Below, in pieces: positions 1 through 9,281 of a stretch of 26,154 nucleotides of DNA; position 1 is the stretch's first letter; the number at the start of each line of letters is the position of its first letter. Source of the stretch: a virus (Duplodnaviria; Caudoviricetes). The stretch is taken from the IMG/VR virus record IMGVR_UViG_3300005512_000289, positions 1 to 26,154 of that record; one strand, 5' to 3'. Made by a program: the position numbers and the translations under genes. The notes under the pieces are model-generated. The model was not told the DNA's origin and searched no databases. It saw only the letters and a list, made by a program, of their open reading frames with translations.

Positions 1-24
1 TAACGAAGGAGCAACACTCGCATC

Positions 25-396
25 ATGAGTACACGCAACCAGTACACCGCGCAGCAATTCATTGACGCCATACCCGGCACGGGCGGCGTGATCACGTCTA
101 TTGCGCGGCGTGTGGGTTGCGACTGGCATACGGCGAAAAAGTATCTCACTGAGTACCCGACCATCACCCGCGCTTGGGATAATGAGCGCGAGGGGATGCT
201 TGACATGGCTGAGGTGGCGTTGTTCAAAGCCGTTAAGGATGGTGAGCAGTGGGCGGTGAAGTTCTTCCTCACAACCATCGGCAAGCAGCGCGGTTATGTA
301 GAGCGCGTCGAGCAGCAGGTCAGCGGCACGGGGGACGGCGGTGCGATTGTGCTGACGTGGGCCGATACGAATATGAATGATACGGATACCGATTAG
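25..396 (+). CDS. terS: Putative terminase small subunit
   Basis: N-terminal HTH-like segment (ITSIARRVGCDWHTAKKY), helical AEVALFKAV..AVKFFL..GKQRGY pattern, position just upstream of terL, AAGGAG RBS. Confidence 0.7.
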   Translation: MSTRNQYTAQQFIDAIPGTGGVITSIARRVGCDWHTAKKYLTEYPTITRAWDNEREGMLDMAEVALFKAVKDGEQWAVKFFLTTIGKQRGYVERVEQQVSGTGDGGAIVLTWADTNMNDTDTD

Positions 397-408
397 CAGG
401 AGGCGGGT

Positions 409-480
409 ATGGCAAGCGCTGTGACATGGACATCGATAGAAACGTTTGCCGTGTATGACCCGGCGAAGGCGCTGAGTTAA
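409..480 (+). CDS. 23-aa mini-ORF (MASAVTWTSIETFAVYDPAKALS) coupled to terL
   Basis: AGGAGG at 398-403, ATG at 409, and its TAA overlaps the terL ATG (TAATG). Confidence 0.55.
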   Translation: MASAVTWTSIETFAVYDPAKALS

Positions 481-1679
481 TGGTAGAAATCACCCTGCCT
501 GCGCTGCACCCGGCACAACACCAGGTCAGAGATTCAAGCGCACGGTTTATCGTGCTGCTTACCGGGCGGCGCTGGGGCAAGACGCGATTCGGTTCAGCGA
601 TGTGCATCAGTGTAGGATTACAGGGTAAACGCGCGTGGTGGATTGCGCCGACGTATAAAATGAGCCGTGTAGGTTGGCGACTGCTTAACGAGTTGGCGCG
701 GCAAATTCCCGGCGCTACGGTGAACAGGGCTGATCAGTATATTGAGTTTCCCGGCGGCGGCAGTGTACAGGTGCGAAGCGGTGACGACCCTGATAGCCTG
801 CGCGGTGAGGGCCTCGATTACGTGGTGCTTGATGAATGCGCGTATATGAAGAATGAGGTATGGACTGACGCTATTCGGCCCGCGTTATCGGACCGCAAAG
901 GGCGGGCGCTGTTTATCAGCACGCCCAAAGGCGGGAACTGGTTTGCCAATTTGTACCGGCGGGCGATTACTGATAGCAGTGGCGAATGGTCCGGTTTCCA
1001 GTTCAAGACAGCCGATAATCCGTTTATCGCGGCAGACGAAATAGACGCCGCCCGCGGTGACATTAGCGAACGATTGTACCGCCAGGAATACGAGGCGGAA
1101 ATCCTTGACGATGTGCCCGGCGCGTTATGGCAGCGGCAAACACTGGATGATTACCGCGTGCGCGACATGCCCGATGGACTGGTGAGGGTAGGCGTGGCAA
1201 TCGACCCGGCAGTGACGGCTACCAACGAAAGCGACGAAACCGGGATCATCGTTGGCGGCATTGGCGAGGACGGTCACGGTTACATCTGGCAAGACCTGAG
1301 TGGCCGGTTCACACCGGAGACATGGGCGCGGCGGGCGGTAGATACGTATCATGCCAATGCTGCTGACTGCATTATCGCAGAGGTTAACAACGGCGGTGAT
1401 TTAGTGCGCAGTGTCATTCTCAACATCGACCGGACTGTTGTTTATAAGCCGGTCAGGGCAAGCCGGGGCAAGTACACGCGGGCCGAGCCGATTGCGCAGT
1501 TGTACGAGCAGGGCAAGGTCCACCATGTCGGCGTGCTCCCGGCGCTAGAGGACCAGCTGTGTACATGGGTTCCGGGGGAGAAATCACCGGACCGGCTAGA
1601 CGCGATGGTATGGCTATTGACAGAGTTGATGCTTGGTAAACGCAAGCCGGTCACGGCAAATACGAGTAGGTACGCATGA
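480..1679 (+). CDS. terL: Terminase large subunit
   Basis: Walker A GRRWGKT, Walker B YVVLDE, ISTP motif III, RNase H-like nuclease motifs AIDPA..SDETG and SPDRLDA. Confidence 0.97.
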   Translation: MVEITLPALHPAQHQVRDSSARFIVLLTGRRWGKTRFGSAMCISVGLQGKRAWWIAPTYKMSRVGWRLLNELARQIPGATVNRADQYIEFPGGGSVQVRSGDDPDSLRGEGLDYVVLDECAYMKNEVWTDAIRPALSDRKGRALFISTPKGGNWFANLYRRAITDSSGEWSGFQFKTADNPFIAADEIDAARGDISERLYRQEYEAEILDDVPGALWQRQTLDDYRVRDMPDGLVRVGVAIDPAVTATNESDETGIIVGGIGEDGHGYIWQDLSGRFTPETWARRAVDTYHANAADCIIAEVNNGGDLVRSVILNIDRTVVYKPVRASRGKYTRAEPIAQLYEQGKVHHVGVLPALEDQLCTWVPGEKSPDRLDAMVWLLTELMLGKRKPVTANTSRYA

Positions 1680-3148
1680 GCATATCACTAATCAGGTCCG
1701 TATTAACTGCGCGGCTTGCACGCGAAATAGGCATTGAGTCGTGGCTTGCCGACGAAGAAGCCCGCGCTGAAAAAGTGCGTTTATTCCGCGCATACGTAGA
1801 CGGCGATCATCGCGCTAACCTCACGAATGAAATGCGTCGCTTGCTGCGTATTACTGGCAGCGGCGGGTCAATGAATGAATTCAACGATAATTATATGGAC
1901 ATTATTGTCCAGACAGAAGCCGACCGGCTAGAGGTGACAGCAGTTGAAGCCGAAAGCGGCGCGGGTGAAGCGCAGGACGCGGCGTTAAACGAATGGGTAG
2001 CCAACCTGCTTGCGCATAACCGTTTTGACGGGATGCAGGGCGCTATGCACGAAGGCGCGATCCGTGACGGTGACACTTATGCGCTTGTCGATTTCGACAT
2101 GGCGCGAGGCGGCGCTCGTATTACGCACGAACCGGCGTATGACGGTACACGCGGTATGCTTGTTGTGCATGGCGATGATGGTTATCCAGCGATTGCGATT
2201 AAGATATGGCGAACCACGCAGGAAAGCATCGCCGACACAATGCGGATTAATGTTTATTACCCTGATCGCATTGAGAAGTATATCGCGCCAGGTATGGGCA
2301 GTGTGGAGCGGTACATTGTGGAGGGTGAAGACTGGCCCGCCTTGTGGCCGCGTGTTAACGGCGAATTGATGGGCGTCCCGGTCCGGCATTTGCCTAATCG
2401 ACCCAAATCGTACAGCGAACGCGGTATCAGCGAGATTGAAAACGCGATCCCGCTGCAAGATATGTTAAACCGCACGCTATATTCGATGGTCATGACCGCA
2501 GAGTTGACGGCGTTTCAGATTAAGTATGCCGCCGGATTTACGCCTCCTGCCGGGATTACGCCGGGCATGTGGATTACTATCGGCGGTGACGGCCTGACTA
2601 AAGATGACGTGTGGGAAGTCGGTGCTTTGGAGCAGGGTAGCATTGTGCCGTTTATCGAGCAAGCCAAATGGCTAACATCCGAAATGGGAAAGATTACACG
2701 CACGCCTAGTCCGGAATTTATGGGCGGCGACAGTGCCAGCGGTGAGGCGCTTAAGCAGCGGGAAATTAGCTTGCTTGGCAAAGTAAAGCGCTTCCAGATT
2801 AGCGGCGGCAATTTTTGGGAAGACGTGATCGCGCTGGCGCATCGTGTCGAAACCGCTTACGGTAAGGCGCTGCCACCTTACGCTCGATTTAACTGCAAGT
2901 GGACTAATGCTGAAATCAGAAACGATACCGCCGTTGTCGAAAGCGCGGTAAAAGCTGCGCCATATATGGGACAGCGAGAAACACTGCGCCAGCTTGCCCC
3001 GGTGTACGGATGGGACGGAACAGACATCGACCGTATCATGCAAGAAAAACAGGAAGACGCGGCGGCAAGTCTAAGCGGGGTGGTAGGCGACGCAAGCGAC
3101 TTTAGCAACATTGACGCTTTCTTTGGCGGAGCGGGGAATAACGCATGA
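1676..3148 (+). CDS. Portal protein (SPP1 gp6-like)
   Basis: 490 aa directly after terL with ATGA overlap; GISEIENAIPLQD and SASGEALK motifs typical of portals. Confidence 0.9.
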   Translation: MSISLIRSVLTARLAREIGIESWLADEEARAEKVRLFRAYVDGDHRANLTNEMRRLLRITGSGGSMNEFNDNYMDIIVQTEADRLEVTAVEAESGAGEAQDAALNEWVANLLAHNRFDGMQGAMHEGAIRDGDTYALVDFDMARGGARITHEPAYDGTRGMLVVHGDDGYPAIAIKIWRTTQESIADTMRINVYYPDRIEKYIAPGMGSVERYIVEGEDWPALWPRVNGELMGVPVRHLPNRPKSYSERGISEIENAIPLQDMLNRTLYSMVMTAELTAFQIKYAAGFTPPAGITPGMWITIGGDGLTKDDVWEVGALEQGSIVPFIEQAKWLTSEMGKITRTPSPEFMGGDSASGEALKQREISLLGKVKRFQISGGNFWEDVIALAHRVETAYGKALPPYARFNCKWTNAEIRNDTAVVESAVKAAPYMGQRETLRQLAPVYGWDGTDIDRIMQEKQEDAAASLSGVVGDASDFSNIDAFFGGAGNNA

Positions 3149-4206
3149 CCGGACGCGCTCCGCAGTCGATAGCCACGAATGTATCTAATATGGTACGGGC
3201 GCTGATGGATGCCGGTTATCGCAGCGCGGCAGGCTCGGTAATGCAGGCGATTGAGCGTAACGGGTCTAGCGGAATTATTGCCCGCCGATTGACTGAGCTT
3301 GACAACGAAGTCATGCGCCTTGAGGAAGCCGGGAAAATGCTGACGCCAGACAATGCGGTTTTGCGGGCGCTTATGGCAGATTTTGAGGACGTGATGCAGG
3401 CTAACCGCGCGTTGGTTAACAGCGCTGGCGAAGACCTGCAAACAGTCGGGGCGCGTATTGGGCAGCGTGAGGTTTTGCAGACGACGCTAGGGTTACTGCC
3501 AACCAGTGGCAGGCGGGCGGTTATGGCGGCGTGGAATACGCCGAGTGTCGATGCGCTGCTTGATTTAATCGGGTACACGCAGTCGGACGCATGGCAGAAA
3601 CGTATGGCGCGGTATGGTGACGGTGTGCCCGATCTTGTTTCGCGCCAGATACAACGCATGTTTTTGGAGGGGCGCGGCCCGCGAGAAGTTGCCGGTATTG
3701 TGCGGCAAAGTGTTGAGGGGATGCCTGCTTATTACGCGAAATCAGCAACGCGCACGCTTATGGTCACAAGCTATCGTGACACGGCAACGGCGACGCGGGT
3801 AGCCAACAGCGACATCCTTGAGTATCAGGTGCGCGTTGCGGCAATCGAACAGGATCGGACGTGTGTCGCCTGTACCAGGTTGCACGGCACGCGGATGGAA
3901 CTAGGCGAACGGGTAGACGATCATCATAATGGGCGCTGTTCGTCAGTATGCAAGGTGCGCGGGTTTCCGTTGCCGTCAATTGGCAGCGGCACCGATTACT
4001 TTGAGCGATTGCCAGAGGATACGCAGCGCAAGCGAATGGGCGCGGCGCGGTACGAGGCGTGGCAGGCGGGGGCGATTACATGGGATGACATGGTGCGCAA
4101 ATACGACGATCCGGTATTTGGGCAAATGGTTGGCGAAGCGTCGTTAAAAGGCGCATTAGGACCAGCGGCGCAGGAATACTACCAGGCTAGACGGCAGGAG
4201 ACATGA
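3145..4206 (+). CDS. Minor head morphogenesis protein (SPP1 gp7 / Mu gpF-like)
   Basis: Follows the portal; RTCVAC..LHG..HHNGRC Cys/His motif. Confidence 0.85.
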   Translation: MTGRAPQSIATNVSNMVRALMDAGYRSAAGSVMQAIERNGSSGIIARRLTELDNEVMRLEEAGKMLTPDNAVLRALMADFEDVMQANRALVNSAGEDLQTVGARIGQREVLQTTLGLLPTSGRRAVMAAWNTPSVDALLDLIGYTQSDAWQKRMARYGDGVPDLVSRQIQRMFLEGRGPREVAGIVRQSVEGMPAYYAKSATRTLMVTSYRDTATATRVANSDILEYQVRVAAIEQDRTCVACTRLHGTRMELGERVDDHHNGRCSSVCKVRGFPLPSIGSGTDYFERLPEDTQRKRMGAARYEAWQAGAITWDDMVRKYDDPVFGQMVGEASLKGALGPAAQEYYQARRQET

Positions 4207-4394
4207 TGACGGCACAGCGAACAGATATTCACACGAGCGCAGAAAACGCGCCGAACACGACTGATTATTATGCCCGTTGCGGTCTGTGTGGTAGCCAATG
4301 GCAAGTGCTAGGCGAAGACCATACAGACGCGCTAGTGTGCCAATTTTGTGGCGCACCGGCAGATGCAATTGATGTGATTTACGAAGGTAACTAG
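4203..4394 (+). CDS. Small zinc-ribbon protein
   Basis: CGLC...CQFC pairs, AGGAG RBS, ATGA overlap with the upstream gene. Confidence 0.7.
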   Translation: MMTAQRTDIHTSAENAPNTTDYYARCGLCGSQWQVLGEDHTDALVCQFCGAPADAIDVIYEGN

Positions 4395-4437
4395 CCACGC
4401 GCCCCGTTGGGCGTAAAACTCGAAAGTGGGGATACAA

Positions 4438-5091
4438 ATGGGTGACGATATTCAGCAGGGACAGCAGGGACAGCAGCAACCAGGAGCAGCGCAACCGGTA
4501 ACACCGGAATCAACCGAGCTAGTTACCCCGCCGCCTGCGGAGGCGCAAAACACCGATAGCGCGGGGCAAACTGACCACATGATTCCGAAGGCGCGTTTTG
4601 ACGAAATCAACAAAGCCAAAAAGGAAGCTGACAAACAACTGACCGCGATGCAGACGCAGTTAGCCGAATTGCAGAAGCGCGAAGAAGAACGCGCTGACGC
4701 CGAACTGTCTGAGGTTGACCGCCTGAAAAAGAACGCCGAAAAACTAGGCGTTCAACTTGCCGAAACCGCGCCGAAATTGGAGCGGCTGCAACGTGTCGAA
4801 GAGGTGTTGCAAAAGCATATCGAGGCACGCAAGGCGCTTCTTCCTGAAACAATGCGCGGTATCGTTCCTGCATTCCCCGACCCGGTTGATACGTTGGCAT
4901 GGCTTGATACCAATGCCGCCGTGTTGCAGCAACCGGTACCGCCGCAGACTAACGCGGGCGCAGTAGGGGACGCGACACCCAAAAACCAGCGGGCGATTAC
5001 GCCAGAGATTGCCGCGTTAGCGCGTGATCTTGGTATTAAGCCCGAAGACTTTGTTAAGTACGGGCAATATGACCCGAAGAAGGAGCAGTGA
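4438..5091 (+). CDS. Capsid scaffolding protein
   Basis: Low-complexity Q/P N-terminus, IPKARFDEIN motif, long coiled coil, ELSEVDRL; upstream of the capsid genes; ATG 4438 chosen for its GGGGA RBS. Confidence 0.85.
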   Translation: MGDDIQQGQQGQQQPGAAQPVTPESTELVTPPPAEAQNTDSAGQTDHMIPKARFDEINKAKKEADKQLTAMQTQLAELQKREEERADAELSEVDRLKKNAEKLGVQLAETAPKLERLQRVEEVLQKHIEARKALLPETMRGIVPAFPDPVDTLAWLDTNAAVLQQPVPPQTNAGAVGDATPKNQRAITPEIAALARDLGIKPEDFVKYGQYDPKKEQ

Positions 5092-5094
5092 TAA

Positions 5095-5550
5095 ATGGCT
5101 AGTAAGGGCTTTGAATTCGCCTATATGCTCGATGGTTCTAGCGCCGTCCCTGTGGTGAAGGAATTCACTCTCGGCGCTGCCGCCGCGCATAAAATTGGCG
5201 ACCTGATGCTGATGCAATCTGATGGCTATATTGATCAGGTGACTGGCACGACTACCGAAGTTACCGCGATCATGGCCGAAACCGTTGCCGCTGCCGATAT
5301 TACAGCGGGCACGACAACCGCCCGTGCGTATGTCATTACGCGCAATCAGGTCTGGAAGTGCTCGATGGATGCCGCCACTACAACGGGTGTTGTCGGCTAT
5401 ACCAAGACAATGGATACCGCCGACTGCAATACTATCGATGCAGACGATATTGTCAACGGCGGGATGATCTTGGTTGACACCGGTACCGACGAAGATAGTA
5501 ACGTCCTGGGCTATGTGGTGTTTGCTGATACCACATTCGGCAACGCATAG
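5095..5550 (+). CDS. Putative capsid decoration/cement protein
   Basis: 151-aa acidic beta-rich protein (GF, IGDL motifs) between scaffold and capsid. Confidence 0.65.
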   Translation: MASKGFEFAYMLDGSSAVPVVKEFTLGAAAAHKIGDLMLMQSDGYIDQVTGTTTEVTAIMAETVAAADITAGTTTARAYVITRNQVWKCSMDAATTTGVVGYTKTMDTADCNTIDADDIVNGGMILVDTGTDEDSNVLGYVVFADTTFGNA

Positions 5551-5562
5551 GAGAGATGACAA

Positions 5563-6462
5563 ATGGCTATGATTTCTAAGCAGTTCCCAAACCTGCTTGT
5601 TGAGGGCCTGCGTACCGTGTTCTGGGTGGAATATAACCAGATTGCGCAGCGGTCCCCGGTGAGTCGGCTGTTTAACATCTTTGGATCAAGCAAGTCCAAA
5701 GAGGAAATGCAGGGTGTTGGCGGGCTTGGCGACTGGGATGAATTCGCCGGTAATATCGAGTACGACACCTTCGACCAACTTTACAAGACCACATTCACGC
5801 CTGTCGAATTCACAAAGGGCATCGCTATCGAGCGTGCATTGATTGACGACGAAATGTACGGCGTCATGAATCAGCGCGTTCGCATCCTGGCGCAGTCTGC
5901 GGCCCGCAAGCGGGAAAAAGACGCGGCCAGTATCTTTAACAATGCGTTCTCATCCAGTTACACCGGCGGGGATAGCACGGCGCTTTGTTACGCTTCCCAT
6001 CCGTTGTCTCCGTCGCGTGGCGGCACGCATGGGAACGCCGGAACGACTGCGCTTAGTTACGACGCGGTTAAAGACACCGTGACTTTGGGGCAGGCTTTTG
6101 TCGATGCTCGTGGCGAGTTGCTACCGGTGACGTTCGATACGCTGGTTGTTCCGACCGCGCTGGCCGAACCTGCCAATGCGATTGTCAAGACCATGAATAA
6201 GCCGGAAACCGCAGATCACCACGCCAATGCTTTCGAGTCGCTCAATGTCGTTGTTTGGCCGTACCTGACCGATGCTAACAATTGGTTCATGATGGATAGC
6301 CAGATGGCCCGGTTGCACCTGCACTGGATTGACCGCGTGCCCCTCGAATTCGCCGAAGACCCCGCTAGCGATTTTAACCTCGTGCTTAAGATGCGTGGTT
6401 ATATGCGCTATGCCTACGGATGGAGCGACTGGCGTTGGCTGTACGGTCACGACGCCGCCTAA
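5563..6462 (+). CDS. Major capsid protein (HK97 fold, Mu gpT-like family)
   Basis: IERALIDD, GGDSTALC..HP, LVVPTAL, WPYLTD.NNWF and YGWSDWR motifs; position after scaffold and decoration genes. Confidence 0.92.
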   Translation: MAMISKQFPNLLVEGLRTVFWVEYNQIAQRSPVSRLFNIFGSSKSKEEMQGVGGLGDWDEFAGNIEYDTFDQLYKTTFTPVEFTKGIAIERALIDDEMYGVMNQRVRILAQSAARKREKDAASIFNNAFSSSYTGGDSTALCYASHPLSPSRGGTHGNAGTTALSYDAVKDTVTLGQAFVDARGELLPVTFDTLVVPTALAEPANAIVKTMNKPETADHHANAFESLNVVVWPYLTDANNWFMMDSQMARLHLHWIDRVPLEFAEDPASDFNLVLKMRGYMRYAYGWSDWRWLYGHDAA

Positions 6463-6471
6463 GCGCATTTT

Positions 6472-6506
6472 GCCGGGATAGCCACTGGTTAACAGTGGCA
6501 CCCGGC
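6472..6506 (+). terminator. Stem-loop after the capsid gene (attenuator or mRNA stabiliser)
   Basis: GCCGGG/CCCGGC and GCCACTG/CAGTGGC stems around a GTTAA loop; only a weak U tract. Confidence 0.55.
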
Positions 6507-6523
6507 TTATCCAGGAGGAAACA

Positions 6524-7177
6524 ATGGCTAAATCACATATCAGCGGTCCGCTGTACATTACCGGGCAATCAGGTAGTGACCACAACGGACTGCTTATGGG
6601 CGGCGGCACGGCGGCCAGCCCGGCGACAACTGCAACTGCAAACAAAAACTTTGTGGAATTTCGCTTCCAGACAACTGCTACCAGTGGCGACAATCGCGGT
6701 ATCTATAATCGATACTACATCGCCGGGGCAGGGGCGGGCGGCGAATCTCTGCGCAGCTTCACGACAATCAGTGACGTTGCCGCAAGCACCGCGCACGGGG
6801 CGCATATCAGTCTCAACTTTGCTGACACTGGCAGCGTGACCGGGCTTGGCGTCGCCAACCGCGCCACGCTGCATATCCCTGACGATGCGAGTTGGGCACC
6901 GGGCACGGTCGCCGCGATGCAGGCGGAAATCTACAGTGACGGCGAAAACAGCGATACTGACGGCGCGACTGAGGTGTCGTTTATCCGAGTGGTAAATGAC
7001 GGGCACGTAAACGGTATCGCAGATGTTGACGACGATGCCGATCTGCTGGCGCTGTCTGGGTTCACTATCGGCGCGGGGAATATGGTACAGACCGAAACCG
7101 ACGAAACCAAATTCTCACACAAAATTCGCTGCAACGTGGGCGGCACGACTCTCTATCTGATGGCGTGCGCAACCTGA
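6524..7177 (+). CDS. Putative head fibre/decoration protein
   Basis: AGGAGG RBS; N-terminal SHISGPL motif and a G/A/T-rich beta-type sequence directly after the capsid gene. Confidence 0.55.
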   Translation: MAKSHISGPLYITGQSGSDHNGLLMGGGTAASPATTATANKNFVEFRFQTTATSGDNRGIYNRYYIAGAGAGGESLRSFTTISDVAASTAHGAHISLNFADTGSVTGLGVANRATLHIPDDASWAPGTVAAMQAEIYSDGENSDTDGATEVSFIRVVNDGHVNGIADVDDDADLLALSGFTIGAGNMVQTETDETKFSHKIRCNVGGTTLYLMACAT

Positions 7178-7350
7178 TGATTAATCAGACGCAAATTGAG
7201 CGGGAGCTTGCTAACCTGCGGCGGCAAGCGGCGCACTACCAGGAACAGCTACTTATGACGCAGGGCGCGATTCAGTTTATCGAGCACCTGCTCAATAGCG
7301 TCGCGCCCGATAGCAAGGAGGCCGCCAATGCCTTACCGGGTGATGAGTAA
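7177..7350 (+). CDS. Small coiled-coil protein (possible fibre chaperone)
   Basis: TGATG overlap at 7175-7179; heptad pattern IERELANLRRQ..QGAIQFIEHLL. Confidence 0.6.
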   Translation: MINQTQIERELANLRRQAAHYQEQLLMTQGAIQFIEHLLNSVAPDSKEAANALPGDE

Positions 7351-7690
7351 AGACGGAATCAGAACGCTGGCTGATGGACGGCGCTGGAACAATGGCGCTA
7401 TCATTGGCGATACCGCGTTAATGCCCCGCATCATGGAGGCGCTACTTGCAGAGGGCGCTATTGCTCCAGTTAATAACGATGTGTCGCTACACGACGATCC
7501 GCTAATGAACCTGCCTTACATGACAGACTCGATTGCGAACGGACTGCGGTCTATCGGTATTGATACGGTTGATGCACTGGCTGGGGCGACTGTTGACATG
7601 GTATCCGCAGTGCACGGCGCAGGCAAGACTACCGCCGGACGTATCATCAAGGCTGCCCGGCGCGCGATGGAGGGTAGCGATGCTGCGTAA
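7328..7690 (+). CDS. Helix-hairpin-helix domain protein
   Basis: AAGGAGG RBS; LRSIGIDTVDALAGA..VSAVHGAGKTTAGRII resembles the tandem HhH of the RadA N-terminus and NusA C-terminus. Confidence 0.75.
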   Translation: MPYRVMSKDGIRTLADGRRWNNGAIIGDTALMPRIMEALLAEGAIAPVNNDVSLHDDPLMNLPYMTDSIANGLRSIGIDTVDALAGATVDMVSAVHGAGKTTAGRIIKAARRAMEGSDAA

Positions 7691-8057
7691 ATATCAGGTT
7701 ACTGCAACCGCCAGCGGCGGCGCAGGATCGTCCACTGGTGACGCTACATCAAACGAAACCGTTATCGGGCGCTTGCTTGCAGTGCATCTGGATTTCTCAG
7801 TAAGTGGCGCGGCTACTACCGATACCATAATCACGACTATCACACCAGATCATACTATCCTGACCATCACCGATAGCGCTACTGATGCATGGTATTACCC
7901 ACGCCACCAAGTACATACCGAAGCTGGCGCGGGCGTGACGTATGATGGCTCGAATGAAGTCTACGACGCCATTCCGGTACATGGCCGCGTCAAGGTTGCA
8001 ATGGCACAAGCGAACAATGCACAAACGGTAACGGCTACGTTTTACGTTGAGGAATAG
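7680..8057 (+). CDS. Hypothetical virion structural protein (beta-rich)
   Basis: GGAGGG RBS before ATG 7680; Thr-rich alternating beta pattern; lies in the head/neck region. Confidence 0.65.
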   Translation: MLRKYQVTATASGGAGSSTGDATSNETVIGRLLAVHLDFSVSGAATTDTIITTITPDHTILTITDSATDAWYYPRHQVHTEAGAGVTYDGSNEVYDAIPVHGRVKVAMAQANNAQTVTATFYVEE

Positions 8058-8059
8058 CC

Positions 8060-8425
8060 ATGTCGTTTACCTTCTTTCCCGGACTGACACGCGACATTGA
8101 TCTTGTGCGCATCGAAATTGCAGACACTAACCCGGACGGCTATTTTTTGCACGATGAAACTATCGACGCAAAAGTGACCAGTGAGGGCAGTGTGAGTGGC
8201 GCGGTGTTAGCGTGTATCCGGCTCATTATCGCCAAGCTCAGCCAGCCGGGGGTAAAACTCGATTGGCTGACAGTCGATAACGAATCGGCACGCAAGGCAT
8301 ACAAGGATTTACTTGACGAGAAGAAAGCAGAGTACGGTGTGGCGCGTATCAGTGCCAGCGCCGTGCATACCTATCGCGCAGACAGTCGCCAAACGTCCGA
8401 GCCTGATTATACGGACGGTGTATGA
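8060..8425 (+). CDS. Head-tail adaptor (SPP1 gp15-like)
   Basis: DLVRIEIADT....LHDETI N-terminal motif; size and position. Confidence 0.75.
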   Translation: MSFTFFPGLTRDIDLVRIEIADTNPDGYFLHDETIDAKVTSEGSVSGAVLACIRLIIAKLSQPGVKLDWLTVDNESARKAYKDLLDEKKAEYGVARISASAVHTYRADSRQTSEPDYTDGV

Positions 8426-8808
8426 TGTTTGGCGATTCGCGTGTATTCCAGCGCCTGCAAGCGCAGTCCGAGCAGTTGTATGTGGACACCTGTGTTATCC
8501 AGTCGTATGTGGACGGGTCACAGGATGACTATGGTTTTCCGAGTCACGCTTACGTCGATGGTAGCGCAATTTCTTGCAGCTTGAACGATGTAAGCGGCGA
8601 TGAGGTTATGGGGCGCGGTGAAGTTGAAATCGCCGATGCGCAGATGCGAATACCGCCCGCAACGACAATCGCCAATGCTGACCGGGTAAAGCTCACACAC
8701 CGAATGCGGCACGAATTGAGTGTTGCGCGGGTCTATGAAGTTGTGGGCATCGAAGAGCGCGGCGCGTTCGGGAAAATCATAGCGCTGCGGTTGTTGACTG
8801 AGGAGTAA
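8422..8808 (+). CDS. Head closure/stopper protein (SPP1 gp16-like)
   Basis: DDYG, I.NADRV and YEVVG motifs; follows the adaptor. Confidence 0.75.
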   Translation: MMFGDSRVFQRLQAQSEQLYVDTCVIQSYVDGSQDDYGFPSHAYVDGSAISCSLNDVSGDEVMGRGEVEIADAQMRIPPATTIANADRVKLTHRMRHELSVARVYEVVGIEERGAFGKIIALRLLTEE

Positions 8809-8811
8809 CAC

Positions 8812-9207
8812 ATGAAGCTTGTATTCCAACACCCGACTAACCACGACGAAATCCGGGAGGCGTTCGACTGGGATAGCCCGCTCGTCGCATTCTACCAGCG
8901 CCCCGGTTGGGTTGTGATTGAGGAAATCGTATATAACGGCCCGGTTATCGATGTTGACTACCTGACCGAGGCGCAGCTTAAGCGACTGGCCGAAATGGGT
9001 TACACCGCCGCCGACGCACTGCGCAACGCCAGTGACCATGATCTGGCTAACGCCGGGTTATCTCCGCAGGATATTCGCAAGGTGCGTACCAGCGCCAGCA
9101 AGCCGCCGGAACCGAAGCGCAGCAAGGCGCGTGAAACGGTTAAGCCCGCTGACGATGTGATCGACGCGCTGCGCATGATCGATATGGAGCCTGACGATGT
9201 CGCCTGA
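8812..9207 (+). CDS. Hypothetical protein with an HhH/SAM-like domain
   Basis: GAGGAG RBS; LTEAQLKRLAEMGYTAADALRNASDHDLANAGLS. Confidence 0.65.
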   Translation: MKLVFQHPTNHDEIREAFDWDSPLVAFYQRPGWVVIEEIVYNGPVIDVDYLTEAQLKRLAEMGYTAADALRNASDHDLANAGLSPQDIRKVRTSASKPPEPKRSKARETVKPADDVIDALRMIDMEPDDVA

Positions 9208-9256
9208 ATTAGCCGGGATTATCGTGTTTGTTATCGTCGCTGGTTTATGCGGGTAA
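9197..9256 (+). CDS. 19-aa hydrophobic mini-protein (MSPELAGIIVFVIVAGLCG)
   Basis: GGAG at 9186-9189; a single transmembrane-like stretch; fills the gap between two genes. Confidence 0.4.
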   Translation: MSPELAGIIVFVIVAGLCG

Positions 9257-9281
9257 ATGTTATCCGCAAGGGGCAAGGCGA

